Shown one piece after another: positions 50,303 to 59,409 of a DNA stretch of 64,000 bases (positions are counted from its first letter, which is position 1; each line of letters opens with the position of its first letter). Source of the stretch: a virus. The notes beneath the pieces were generated by a model. It worked only from the letters and a program-made list of their open reading frames with translations, had not been told where the DNA came from and ran no database searches. The stretch covers positions 1 through 64,000 of the IMG/VR virus record IMGVR_UViG_3300045988_142996, one strand, 5' to 3'. Position numbers and translations under genes: made by a program.

Positions 50303-53300
50303 TTATCTCACCTCGAAATTTCTTGCTGCTTCGTCCTGAATATCAGTCCAGGGCATATCGGGTTTCTGCCAAGGCGGCTCACCAGCGTCATCTGCTACGA
50401 ACCACTCGAAGTTCCCATGTTTAGCGATGGCATCCGCAGCATCATCCGCCATCTTGTCAAAGTAGGAACGATCCACCATGTCCTCCATCTGGAGTTCATG
50501 AACCATCTCACTTTCCAGCCAGCGATAGCCTTTCGTCCCCGTCACCGCTGCATATGTCTTCTCTCCAGCATCATTGACACCAGATTCCCGGACAAGTAAA
50601 GCGCCACCAGAGCCAGGCTTTACAGGGCAGAACGAGCCAACACGGCCAACGAAAATATAATTGTGCTCGCCTTCCGGGAGGTCTTCGTTTTTGTCCAGAT
50701 AGATTGCGCCTTTGGAAACAGTTTTCGTCTGGCACAAATCTGCAAACACAATCGGCTCATGCGAGAAGAGCGTCTTGAACACATACGGAATCTGGAACTG
50801 CGTGCCGGTCGCCGTCCATTCCTTGCTGTGCTCTCCGTTCTTCTCGGGAGTATAGCCATACTGACTCTGACACTGATCCGCATCCAGATACCGGGCAATG
50901 TACACTGCGTCGTTCACCAGGCACATCTTTTCGTAGGTGGCCTCATGCTCGAAGGTGTAGCCGTATTTCTCGGCAAACTTCGTGCAGAAATCAATGATTT
51001 CCGGTGTTGCATCAGGGATCTTGATAGAATCCGTCTTGATGTGCGCCACCGTGAAGCCACGCTGCTGGACCTCATCCTGCAAAGTGCGCATGAACAAAGC
51101 ACCGCGCAGCGCAACGATGTTGTTGGCGTTCTTGCGATTCCGGAACGGATTCTCAAAGGTTGCCGACGTTAAGCCGTACACCGAGTTGATGGCGATTTTC
51201 AGCGCCTGCGACAATGCTTTTGCCTGCTTCGGGTCGTCCAGATACTTTGCCAGCTTTCCATTGAAGAGCTTCTTTGCCTTGTCGTACTCCTTGTGCTTAA
51301 CGTAGATACGAACATCCATCAGGTCGTTGAAGTTTTTGGTGTACTCACCGAAGTAATTCAGAGCGACAGCAGAATGCGGGTGCAGGGACGCAACATCCAG
51401 CAGCGCAACATTCCAGTACATACCGGGTTCAGCATAGACATAGCCACCCAAACCCAAGTCCGTACCACGGAACATGTTGTGCATCCGACCATCCTCACCG
51501 CGCACCCACTCATAGCCCGGAAAGGCATTGAGATAGGGATTCTTGGTGAGAATATCAGGTTCCACTTCGACCAGGTCATCCGATTCGCCAGTGGCCAGAT
51601 CCGTATACACCAGCCGAGGATTCTTCTCCTTTCCAAAGATGATACGGGTGGTCAGACTGTTGGTGGTGTCATTGACCGTCATACCAGCCACGTCTGCCAG
51701 AATCTCACGAGCGATGAAATCTGCATGGCGCGCATTGAAGACAGCTTCCGTCGCCAGAACGTCATTGTCGCAATACCGTGCAACCTCTTCCCATTTTTCT
51801 TCCGGCACAGGCTGATCCCAAGGAAGTCCAAGTTCCTGATGGTGAATGCCAAGCTCGATCTCGAACTTCTTCAGGCTCTGCTTCTTGGCACTGAAATCAT
51901 AAATATCAGTGTAGGAGAAGTTATACGCCTCGCCAAAGAAGCCCGTATGCTGGTTGATGATCTGCTGAGACAAGTCATAAATTGCCTCGACGGACCACCC
52001 AATCATACGGGCATAGAGAATATGGTTGTCGTACTTGCGGTTGTTGAAGCCAATCAGACGATACTGCGAGAGTTTTGCAATATCATCCGCACTGGGATTG
52101 ATCATGCGATAGACCGTAGTGTTTTCTTTTTCCGGTGTACTCTGGAACTTCCAGTTGACCAGAAGCAGGTTTGGGAACACTTCACAGTCAAAGAAGACGA
52201 TCGGTGCTTCGCATGTAACAGTTTCTGTCGGCTCCTTGGATTTGAAATGCATCTTAGACACGATTTTCAGGCACGCATCCGCCTGATTCGAGCTGGATGC
52301 CGCAAAGCCCAGGATCGCATTGCGCATATCGTCCACATCATAGGTAAGGTCGCTGTTATAAGCATCCTCCAGAATTTTGTAGATGAAGTCGATGGACGGC
52401 TTGGTATAGGGATGAATTTCTTTGTTGAGATTGCGCATGATGAGGATTCGCAGCGCTTTCTCACTCTGGACACGATCGGTGCTAACCATTTTTTCTCCCT
52501 TCACTGGTAATCCGGAGCTGATGGGTGCTACCGGAATATCATTGCATTTTGAGAGCTTTCTCCGCAGTGAGCTCTTGCCCGTGAACACTTTGACCTCGAT
52601 GTGCTCGTCGTAGATCCGGCTGAGTTTGGATGCGTCACCGGAGTAAATATAATGCAGGTGAATGCCCGCACCCGATTTGCTCAGCTCAGCATAGGTTCTC
52701 GGCCATTTGCTGGCGGCTTCGAGATTCCGCTCAAAGGACTTCTTGCCATCCTCTCCCGGAATATCAAAGTCAATGACGATGTGGTTCTCTGGTACTTTCA
52801 CATAGTGCAGTCGGCTGGTGTCTAAATCCGACAGCTTTGTACGAACCTTCTCCCAGTAGTCCGTCGGAGTGCCGTTTTCCTTGGCATACTGAGCCGGGCA
52901 GTCCTTGCAAATATCATCCAAAACTGAATGCTGTATCTTGAAATTGATCCAAGATGCCTGCTTCTCGGGCTCGACCGTTCCAAAAGCAGACTTCTTCTCG
53001 AACTTTTCCGTCTTGAATCCGCTGTAGTAGCTTCGGATGCGCTCGCCACTGTCAGTATTGACACGCTCCTTATACTCACGGAAGTAGTTCATAAGTTCTT
53101 CCTTGAACACCCGCCGAGAGCTCATATACGGAACGTTCGTGCTGGTACAGAAGTTCTTGTACATCTCCCATGCCACCTGCAGGGATACGCCATCTTCCTT
53201 TTTGAAGACGTAGTAGCTGTCCTCCACAAAGTTGTACATGTCGTTGGAAGCACTCAGCATGCGAATTGGAATATAATCGTCATAGGCATGCTTATTGTTC

Positions 53301-54298
53301 TCGTAGACATTCCGACAGTACCAAGCGATGGCACCCAGTTCAAAGTCGATTTGAGAGACCAGTTCCTCATACTTTTTGGCAGGCACTTTATTGCCGGTAG
53401 GCTCTACGTCGATCAGGCGTCGAACAATACCCGACTTCGCATTGGTGATTTTCACAGGACTGTTCGTACCAAGAATCAGGAAGCATTTGAATCGGTTCTC
53501 ATAGGCGGACTTGAACTTCTCGTTGACCGTCATAGATTCGTGAGAAACCAACGAGTTGATGCGGGTGTTGTCTTCAATGCGGCTCAGATCACCATCGTGC
53601 TGGATTGCAATCAGCGGGTTCGAGCGAAAGGCTTCCAGCGCAAATGCGTTTGAGGATGAACCCAGGACTTTCGCATCGAAGGGCGCAAAATATCCAGCGA
53701 ACAGCTTCTGAATGACATTGATGACGGTAGATTTACCTGTACCCGGAGCACCATACATGACAAGGAACTTCTGAATCTTCTTAGAGTCACCATTTACGAT
53801 TGCTCCGATGGCCCATTCGATCTTCATCCGCTCCGTCGGTGCATACAGTACGCTCAACAGCTCGTCCCAGGCTTTGATACTCCCCTGCTCCAGTGGATAA
53901 GGAAGCCGCTTGGATGCGTAATCTTCCTTTCGCACTTCAGTGTTGGAGAATATCAATTTCTCGTCGAGCATGGTAAAAGAGTCCCGCATCTGACGCTGAC
54001 AGTATTTGTGCCAGAGATCGATCATTCCGGACTCTGCATCCCACATGTGAAGCACCCGGTAATTATCAAAGTCACACTTGTGCTCTTCCGCATAGTTGTC
54101 CAGCTCCCGGTCAATCAGCTGGAGCGCGTCCTGCTCATCCGTAGACCACAAGCCACGCTCCTCCAGCCAAATCGCATAGAAGTCCCCGCCTCGAATCATC
54201 AAGTCCTTAGAATGCTTGATGATCAGTTTGGGATAGATTTCAATCACCCCGTGTTTGCCCGTTCTGCGAGCAATGAAAAGGAAATCAATCATTGGCAA
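50303..54298 (-). CDS. Replicase fusion of SF3 (D5/P4-type) helicase, AEP primase-polymerase and family-B DNA polymerase (1331 aa)
   Basis: Walker A GAPGTGKS (aa 183-190). AEP motifs VIDFD (508-512) and SGAGIHLHY (542-550). Exo I FDCEV (703), Exo II NNRKYD (752), Exo III YCDND (842). PolB motif A DVASLHPHS (968), motif B KIAINSVYG (1034), motif C KTDS (1088). Confidence 0.85.
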   Translation of the reverse strand: MPMIDFLFIARRTGKHGVIEIYPKLIIKHSKDLMIRGGDFYAIWLEERGLWSTDEQDALQLIDRELDNYAEEHKCDFDNYRVLHMWDAESGMIDLWHKYCQRQMRDSFTMLDEKLIFSNTEVRKEDYASKRLPYPLEQGSIKAWDELLSVLYAPTERMKIEWAIGAIVNGDSKKIQKFLVMYGAPGTGKSTVINVIQKLFAGYFAPFDAKVLGSSSNAFALEAFRSNPLIAIQHDGDLSRIEDNTRINSLVSHESMTVNEKFKSAYENRFKCFLILGTNSPVKITNAKSGIVRRLIDVEPTGNKVPAKKYEELVSQIDFELGAIAWYCRNVYENNKHAYDDYIPIRMLSASNDMYNFVEDSYYVFKKEDGVSLQVAWEMYKNFCTSTNVPYMSSRRVFKEELMNYFREYKERVNTDSGERIRSYYSGFKTEKFEKKSAFGTVEPEKQASWINFKIQHSVLDDICKDCPAQYAKENGTPTDYWEKVRTKLSDLDTSRLHYVKVPENHIVIDFDIPGEDGKKSFERNLEAASKWPRTYAELSKSGAGIHLHYIYSGDASKLSRIYDEHIEVKVFTGKSSLRRKLSKCNDIPVAPISSGLPVKGEKMVSTDRVQSEKALRILIMRNLNKEIHPYTKPSIDFIYKILEDAYNSDLTYDVDDMRNAILGFAASSSNQADACLKIVSKMHFKSKEPTETVTCEAPIVFFDCEVFPNLLLVNWKFQSTPEKENTTVYRMINPSADDIAKLSQYRLIGFNNRKYDNHILYARMIGWSVEAIYDLSQQIINQHTGFFGEAYNFSYTDIYDFSAKKQSLKKFEIELGIHHQELGLPWDQPVPEEKWEEVARYCDNDVLATEAVFNARHADFIAREILADVAGMTVNDTTNSLTTRIIFGKEKNPRLVYTDLATGESDDLVEVEPDILTKNPYLNAFPGYEWVRGEDGRMHNMFRGTDLGLGGYVYAEPGMYWNVALLDVASLHPHSAVALNYFGEYTKNFNDLMDVRIYVKHKEYDKAKKLFNGKLAKYLDDPKQAKALSQALKIAINSVYGLTSATFENPFRNRKNANNIVALRGALFMRTLQDEVQQRGFTVAHIKTDSIKIPDATPEIIDFCTKFAEKYGYTFEHEATYEKMCLVNDAVYIARYLDADQCQSQYGYTPEKNGEHSKEWTATGTQFQIPYVFKTLFSHEPIVFADLCQTKTVSKGAIYLDKNEDLPEGEHNYIFVGRVGSFCPVKPGSGGALLVRESGVNDAGEKTYAAVTGTKGYRWLESEMVHELQMEDMVDRSYFDKMADDAADAIAKHGNFEWFVADDAGEPPWQKPDMPWTDIQDEAARNFEVR

Positions 54299-54327
54299 TC
54301 AATTTCCTCCTTTCTTCGAGGCAAATA

Positions 54328-54627
54328 TCAATCGTTGGGCTTCTCGTTGGACAGCTTCGCATGGCCATCGCAATGGACGGTCTTCTCAGCCTCCGCCTGC
54401 TTCATCTTGTTTAGTTCGGCAAGCGTGGCGTCATGTTTCTCAGCCAGGTCATCACGATCCTTCTTTGCTTCAACGCACTTCTTGCACTCCATGCCCAGTG
54501 TCTTCACCAGCAGGTAGACAATGCCTGCCATACCGAGGAGAGCCAGGTTCTTCTTGAAGAGCTTAGCCTTGTAACGGTCGAGTGCGCATTCGGTCTGAGC
54601 CAGCTGATAGTAGATGTTGCTTTCCAT
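54328..54627 (-). CDS. Membrane/coiled-coil protein (99 aa)
   Basis: The start was set at MESNIYYQ behind GAGGAGG. TM segment LALLGMAGIVYLLV. Confidence 0.5.
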   Translation of the reverse strand: MESNIYYQLAQTECALDRYKAKLFKKNLALLGMAGIVYLLVKTLGMECKKCVEAKKDRDDLAEKHDATLAELNKMKQAEAEKTVHCDGHAKLSNEKPND

Positions 54628-54640
54628 AATAAAGTCCTCC

Positions 54641-55207
54641 TCAAATATCATTTTCATTGATGTACGCCATCATCTGATACCAGATGTCCAGCGTACGCAT
54701 ATCTTCTTTCGGGTTTTGCAGGGTGAACAGACCGCCTGCACCGTTGGGCTGGTAGTCTCTGCGACGGAAACGTTCCATCACAAACTCTGCACGGCTGCGA
54801 TGAAAACGGTTATCATCCATAGCGGCAAGACCAAGGCTCACCACCATATTCCAGAACCACTGCCCAGCACGATAGCCGGCGTTCGGGTCTTCCATGATCT
54901 GCTCCTCGCAACGAAGTGCCAGAGCAACCATCATTTCGAGCATACTGCACTCTTTACCCCGAAGTGCAATATTGACGTTGTTACCCGGAATATCAGGGTG
55001 CTCGTCCATAAAGCGACCACGCAGGTTTGTTCCGTCTACTGCACGGTTTTCGTCCATCTCGTTGTCCGGGAGGAAGTCCGTGTCGTAGAGAAATTGGAGC
55101 AAATATCGAAACGAAAGGTTGCGGGGCTCCCATTTCCCGCAAACCAGTTCATAGAGCCAGTCGAAATATCTCTTTTCGACGTCGGCTCGCAGTTCATCAA
55201 TCGTCAT
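54641..55207 (-). CDS. Conserved-looking hypothetical protein (188 aa)
   Basis: ORF from the track. No family named. Confidence 0.6.
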   Translation of the reverse strand: MTIDELRADVEKRYFDWLYELVCGKWEPRNLSFRYLLQFLYDTDFLPDNEMDENRAVDGTNLRGRFMDEHPDIPGNNVNIALRGKECSMLEMMVALALRCEEQIMEDPNAGYRAGQWFWNMVVSLGLAAMDDNRFHRSRAEFVMERFRRRDYQPNGAGGLFTLQNPKEDMRTLDIWYQMMAYINENDI

Positions 55208-55745
55208 AGTCCTCCTCTTCCCGCTCCGGATATACGTCTGCGTAATTCTGGAGCGCCTTCACTACTTCAAAGTCCTTGTGATAGGTGTGGTTGCGCACAT
55301 GAATCCCGTCCGGCATGAACTTACCCATAGAATCCAGCGCCTTCTGACCGACAACAGCTTCGATATTGTCCACCTTGGTGCCGTCACTGTCGTAAGCCAG
55401 CACCCCATCTGCAAAAAGGGTCAGGAAGCTGCTTTCGTAGTCGTCATCCGCACCGAACTCATCCGGCTCGATAATCTCGATTGGCTCCAGCGGCGGCTTA
55501 TCTGGCTTTTCCGGGTCATCCACCTGGCGATACGGCCCGGAAATCAGCTCAACAGCCTTTTTCTGAGCCTCCTCCTTCACACGCTCGTCCATGGTCTGCT
55601 CCCTCTTTTTGTAGTGCTCGCGAACATCGGCGATCTGCTCATCTGCAAACGCCTGATACTTCTTGCGCATCGCACAATGCATGAAAAAAGCACCAGCCGC
55701 AAAGCCAGTGCTAACCAGAAAAATATCACGAATCCAGCTTTTCAT
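55197..55745 (-). CDS. Membrane-anchored acidic protein (182 aa)
   Basis: N-terminal TM segment IFLVSTGFAAGAFFMHCA. The remainder is acidic. Confidence 0.55.
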   Translation of the reverse strand: MKSWIRDIFLVSTGFAAGAFFMHCAMRKKYQAFADEQIADVREHYKKREQTMDERVKEEAQKKAVELISGPYRQVDDPEKPDKPPLEPIEIIEPDEFGADDDYESSFLTLFADGVLAYDSDGTKVDNIEAVVGQKALDSMGKFMPDGIHVRNHTYHKDFEVVKALQNYADVYPEREEEDYDD

Positions 55746-55896
55746 TGGAATCTCCTTCTTTGACGGTCATCATAGTGAACGCAAGTCCTCCGAAAAAGAG
55801 AGACACGCTCATCAGAACGCCGCCAATAATGTGTCTTTTGCGTTGGGTATCGGTCAGGTAGTCCAGAAACAGGAACATGTTTTCCAAACTGCTCAT
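55726..55896 (-). CDS. Small membrane protein (56 aa)
   Basis: The start was set at MSSLENMF. TM segment IIGGVLMSVSLFFGGLAFTMM. Confidence 0.4.
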   Translation of the reverse strand: MSSLENMFLFLDYLTDTQRKRHIIGGVLMSVSLFFGGLAFTMMTVKEGDSNEKLDS

Positions 55897-55906
55897 ACAA
55901 ATATCC

Positions 55907-55996
55907 TCAATTAGAAAGGACGGCCAGACCAGATAAGAAGCATACTCCGGCCATGGCTGCGAACACATAAGACAAAGTCCTTACAACTCTGGTCAT
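55907..55996 (-). CDS. Possible 29-aa TM peptide (below the ORF-track cutoff)
   Basis: AAAGGAGGATTCGCT-ATG. Hand translation gives MTRVVRTLSYVFAAMAGVCFLSGLAVLSN. Confidence 0.35.
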   Translation of the reverse strand: MTRVVRTLSYVFAAMAGVCFLSGLAVLSN

Positions 55997-56020
55997 AGCG
56001 AATCCTCCTTTAAATATCCA

Positions 56021-56944
56021 TCAGATCTTATTGACAATTGGGCCATCAACATTGAAATGCAGCACGACCGAGCGGTCACCCTGCATCTTGTCCAGACCGA
56101 ACTTCACACAGTTGGACAGTTCTTCATTGTTGGGATCATAGACCCAGCCAACGAGCTGACCGTTGGGCTTATAGATCTGCTGGCCATTGTTGTAGCGACC
56201 GATCATGCGGTAAACTTCGTTCAGGAAAAGATAACCGCGCATCCGAAGCTGGTTGTTTGCATGCGTCTCCACCATGCTCAGAAATGCTTTGTTCAGCTGC
56301 GCGTCCGGTTCCCAGGTATCGACCATCTCATCAAAAATCAGGTCGTACGGCGAGTGTTCGCCATCGGTTTCATCAATGTAGGACTTGACAACCTCCTCGG
56401 TGCCATCTTCGTTGATGACCTTAGACTCAACTTCAACTGCCTTAACGCCATGCTCGATCTCGTGCTGGACACGCTCACCAAAGCGCTCCGACACACGACC
56501 CTTGTACTCGTTGAATGCCTTGTCCAGCGTAACATAAGCTGCGGTCAGAGCAGCATTGCGCTTCTGCAGGATATGATTCGAGCCAACCATGCAGCCGAGA
56601 GACAGAGTACCCAGGATGACTGCCGGCGCATAGAGCTTTACCAGCTTCACGCCGGTCTGCACATAAACCGTGGTCAGATCCTTCTTGGCGTCCTCTTCAG
56701 TGTACTCGGCACCTTCCTTGACCTCAACCTTGCCATCCTTCACATCGTGGATGGTTGCAACGCTGGACTGGTGCGCAGACATAATATCATTGACCTTCAG
56801 AGTTGCCTTGCAGGCCATGACAGCGCTGGTCACAGCACCAACGGCACCGCAGACCATCAGAATCTCAGGGCTATGCTTGCCCAGCTTGAACTTTGCTTTT
56901 GCTGCAAAACGGCTTGCTTTGACCATAATATCGTTCATTTTCAT
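56021..56944 (-). CDS. Membrane-anchored protein, paralog 1 of 3 (307 aa)
   Basis: HSPEILMVCGAVGAVTSAVMACKATLK ... KRNAALTAAYVTLDKAFNEYKGRVSERFGE. It is homologous to 58053..58808 and 59407..60156. Confidence 0.7.
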   Translation of the reverse strand: MKMNDIMVKASRFAAKAKFKLGKHSPEILMVCGAVGAVTSAVMACKATLKVNDIMSAHQSSVATIHDVKDGKVEVKEGAEYTEEDAKKDLTTVYVQTGVKLVKLYAPAVILGTLSLGCMVGSNHILQKRNAALTAAYVTLDKAFNEYKGRVSERFGERVQHEIEHGVKAVEVESKVINEDGTEEVVKSYIDETDGEHSPYDLIFDEMVDTWEPDAQLNKAFLSMVETHANNQLRMRGYLFLNEVYRMIGRYNNGQQIYKPNGQLVGWVYDPNNEELSNCVKFGLDKMQGDRSVVLHFNVDGPIVNKI

Positions 56945-56960
56945 AAATATCTTTCCTTTC

Positions 56961-57581
56961 TCAGTTGTTAAAAGCGACGGGCTTCGGCAGCCGGATAATA
57001 TAACCGCCGCTCACGGGCTGCACATAGGCACGGCCCTGAATCTCGTACCAGCCGTACTTATTATCCGTATAGTTCGAGGTCATGCCGACCAGATCATAGA
57101 AGTCAGCGACCGACACGCTTCCGTACGTAGCGACCGCATCGGCCATCTGACTCAGGACTTCCTCCGCATCGCCCCGTGAGGAGAAAATCACATCCTGATA
57201 GTTGATGGGCGTGGCAACAGCCGGCCGTGCAGTGTTGTTCCGGTTGGAATACTGGTTATAAGAAACCCGGCTGGGGGTTGCATAGCTCGTGCCAGAAGGT
57301 GCTCTGGGATGGTCATCACCGAACATCACCATATTGATCGTCTTCCAGACCAGATCTACAATGACATTTTTCAGCGAAGGAATCGCAACATCTTTGACGA
57401 TATGATCCCGAACGGTCTTCAGGTCCTCCGCGATGAACATACCTGCGACCTTCTGAATATCATTTTTCTCCTTGGTCACAACTTTGCCAGTGGTTACCTT
57501 CTCGAACTTTTTCTCATGCTTTTCGGCATTTCCGGTCGTAATGGAGTTCTTCGGCAATTCAATATTTGCCATTGGATTCAC
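56961..57581 (-). CDS. Hypothetical protein (206 aa)
   Basis: ORF from the track with an RBS GAGAGGTGA upstream. Confidence 0.6.
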   Translation of the reverse strand: MNPMANIELPKNSITTGNAEKHEKKFEKVTTGKVVTKEKNDIQKVAGMFIAEDLKTVRDHIVKDVAIPSLKNVIVDLVWKTINMVMFGDDHPRAPSGTSYATPSRVSYNQYSNRNNTARPAVATPINYQDVIFSSRGDAEEVLSQMADAVATYGSVSVADFYDLVGMTSNYTDNKYGWYEIQGRAYVQPVSGGYIIRLPKPVAFNN

Positions 57582-57589
57582 CTCTCAAA

Positions 57590-57627
57590 AATAAAAAGGT
57601 AAGAGCCGCAGATTTCTCCACGGCTCT
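57590..57627 (-). terminator. Rho-independent terminator (dispersed hairpin family, canonical copy)
   Basis: Minus strand reads AGAGCCGTGGAGAAATCTGCGGCTCT followed by TACCTTTTTATTTTT. Confidence 0.75.
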
Positions 57628-57644
57628 CGCCCGAACCATTCACA

Positions 57645-57977
57645 TTAGTTTTCTTCTTCAGTCTCTTCGACCTCGTTGAAGTCAGCATCCTCGATCTCTT
57701 CCGGTTCGTCCTTCACGATCTTCACCGGGCACTGGAACTTGATGTGCTTCTTCGGCTTCTTCTCCTTCTCAACCTTCTTCTCGCCCTTGCGATTCTTCAG
57801 TTTGTTTGCAGCCCATACAACGCCGCCAACAACTGCCGCACCGCCAAGAACGAACAAGGGGTTGATGCCAGAGTTCTCAACCTCTGCCTGCACCTCATTG
57901 TTCTCTGTAACCACGGGAGTCACTTCGTTAGAAGTTTCCTCGGTAGTAACCTCGTTCATGTTGTTCATTTCGTCCAT
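57645..57977 (-). CDS. Acidic protein with a central TM helix (110 aa)
   Basis: TM segment LFVLGGAAVVGGVVWA flanked by E-rich termini. Confidence 0.55.
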   Translation of the reverse strand: MDEMNNMNEVTTEETSNEVTPVVTENNEVQAEVENSGINPLFVLGGAAVVGGVVWAANKLKNRKGEKKVEKEKKPKKHIKFQCPVKIVKDEPEEIEDADFNEVEETEEEN

Positions 57978-58023
57978 AGTAATAATCTCCTTTCAAGATT
58001 TGTCCAATGTAAACCTTATTGGT

Positions 58024-58052
58024 TCCATAAAGCAGGGTGAATTTTTCGCGTC
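58024..58052 (-). promoter_or_regulatory. Class-1 promoter-like motif, copy G
   Basis: Minus strand reads GACGCGAAAAATTCACCCTGCTTTATGGAAC. Confidence 0.55.
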
Positions 58053-58808
58053 TCACACGCCAAAATAGTGCGGCATTTCAACGTAATTGACAACCAGGCA
58101 GGGCTGCCCTTCTTCGTCCAGGCGAGAAGCATAGCAGGTTTCGATGTAACCGCGATCAATGTCCCAGCCCATCGTATCGCCGAGCTTCATCTCATCGAGG
58201 CCGATCAGGTCATACCACTCATTCAGACTCATACGCATATCATCCCGCAGTTGACGGTTGAAGTCATTGACCGCCTTGTCGATCTGGTTCTTCGTGGCAA
58301 CAAAATATCTGCTGCTCAGCGAGTCAAAGCACTTGATCTGACCGGCAGCATTGTTCACAACCAGTGACTTCGGCTCCGGCACCTTCTGCTGCTGTTCGAT
58401 GGCCACCGACTGTCGAATCTCGCGCTCCTTATCCTCGCCAATGGTCTCCAGAACTTTATCGCGGTAGGAACGCATCGTGCTCTCGCTCAGAGTATAAGCT
58501 GCAGTCAAAGCAGCATTGCGACGTGCATTCACACCGCTGGCACCGATGATGCAGGCAGTCGATACGGCGAAGCTGACCACCGTCGGAATATAAACCGGCG
58601 CTGCCGTCTTGATGATCTCCTTTGCTTCCAGCTTTTCAACACCCAGTTCCTGCTTCTTATCCTCCAGCAGGATTATGGCTTTCGGCGTCGCCTTGATGGC
58701 AAAAATCACGGAGGATGCTGCCCCCGCGATGCCTAGGCCCACAAGAATCTCCGGGCTGTGCTGTTTTGCGCCCTTCCAGAGTGCGTTTGCAAATGCTTTG
58801 AGTTTCAT
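58053..58808 (-). CDS. Membrane-anchored protein, paralog 2 of 3 (251 aa)
   Basis: The start was set at MKLKAFANAL, after terminator 58833-58867 and AGGAGG. It contains HSPEILVGLGIAGAASSVIFAIKATPK ... RRNAALTAAYTLSESTMRSYRDKVLETIGE. Confidence 0.7.
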   Translation of the reverse strand: MKLKAFANALWKGAKQHSPEILVGLGIAGAASSVIFAIKATPKAIILLEDKKQELGVEKLEAKEIIKTAAPVYIPTVVSFAVSTACIIGASGVNARRNAALTAAYTLSESTMRSYRDKVLETIGEDKEREIRQSVAIEQQQKVPEPKSLVVNNAAGQIKCFDSLSSRYFVATKNQIDKAVNDFNRQLRDDMRMSLNEWYDLIGLDEMKLGDTMGWDIDRGYIETCYASRLDEEGQPCLVVNYVEMPHYFGV

Positions 58809-58832
58809 TGTTGTTCTTACCTCCTGAAAATA

Positions 58833-58867
58833 TAAAAGAAAAGAGCCGCAGCTTTCGCCACGACTCT
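58833..58867 (-). terminator. Rho-independent terminator (dispersed hairpin family, variant)
   Basis: Minus strand reads AGAGTCGTGGCGAAAGCTGCGGCTCT followed by TTTCTTTTAT. Confidence 0.65.
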
Positions 58868-58877
58868 CGTCTTGCAC

Positions 58878-59120
58878 TTAAATGTGCCCGGTCTCCACCA
58901 TATTCTTGAACCGGATCTCGCTTTCCTGTTCGATCATGATTTCATCCTTGTGAAGGATGTCCCAACGATACCGAACATACTCATACAGTCGAACCGGCTG
59001 TAAAGCAATCGTAATCGCCAACCCCATCAGGGTATAGATCACCTGCTTTGCACACCGCTTCAACTGATTCCATGTCAGTTTGTCGATTTCCTTCCAGAAC
59101 TCGTAATCATAATTGTGCAT
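58878..59120 (-). CDS. Hypothetical protein (80 aa)
   Basis: The start was set at MHNYDYEFW behind AAAGGAG. Confidence 0.5.
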   Translation of the reverse strand: MHNYDYEFWKEIDKLTWNQLKRCAKQVIYTLMGLAITIALQPVRLYEYVRYRWDILHKDEIMIEQESEIRFKNMVETGHI

Positions 59121-59150
59121 AATAAAATCTCCTTTCAATTTGTGGATTCT

Positions 59151-59179
59151 TCCATAATGCAGAGAGATTTTTTCGCGTC
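59151..59179 (-). promoter_or_regulatory. Class-1 promoter-like motif, copy H
   Basis: Minus strand reads GACGCGAAAAAATCTCTCTGCATTATGGAAG. Confidence 0.55.
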
Positions 59180-59184
59180 TTGAC

Positions 59185-59213
59185 GAAAAGAAAGAGAGGC
59201 ATCACTGCCCCTC
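59185..59213 (-). terminator. Rho-independent terminator
   Basis: Minus strand reads GAGGGGCA-GTGA-TGCCTCTC (one mismatch) followed by TTTCTTTTC. It includes the stop codon of 59202..59366. Confidence 0.55.
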
Positions 59214-59366
59214 AGACTTTTTGCTCTCGGCGAGCTTCTTATCGACTGCTTCGTCGATTCGTGCATCCAGGTCTTTGTCCTCGGCATAATCCTGCAGTAT
59301 CGTGCCGATAAAGCCTACGACCATGCCTGCCATGCCCAGAATTCTCCAAATGTTCGTCTTATTCAC
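59202..59366 (-). CDS. Small membrane protein (54 aa)
   Basis: The GTG start lies behind AAGGAGGTG-N6. TM segment ILGMAGMVVGFIGTIL. The track ORF over-extends across motif I. Confidence 0.45.
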   Translation of the reverse strand: MNKTNIWRILGMAGMVVGFIGTILQDYAEDKDLDARIDEAVDKKLAESKKSEGQ

Positions 59367-59380
59367 AAGTCTCACCTCCT

Positions 59381-59409
59381 TCATAATGGCCCTGGTATTT
59401 TTCGCGTCA
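59381..59409 (-). promoter_or_regulatory. Class-1 promoter-like motif, copy I
   Basis: Minus strand reads TGACGCGAAAAATACCAGGGCCATTATGAAGG. The TGA is the stop of 59407..60156. Confidence 0.5.
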
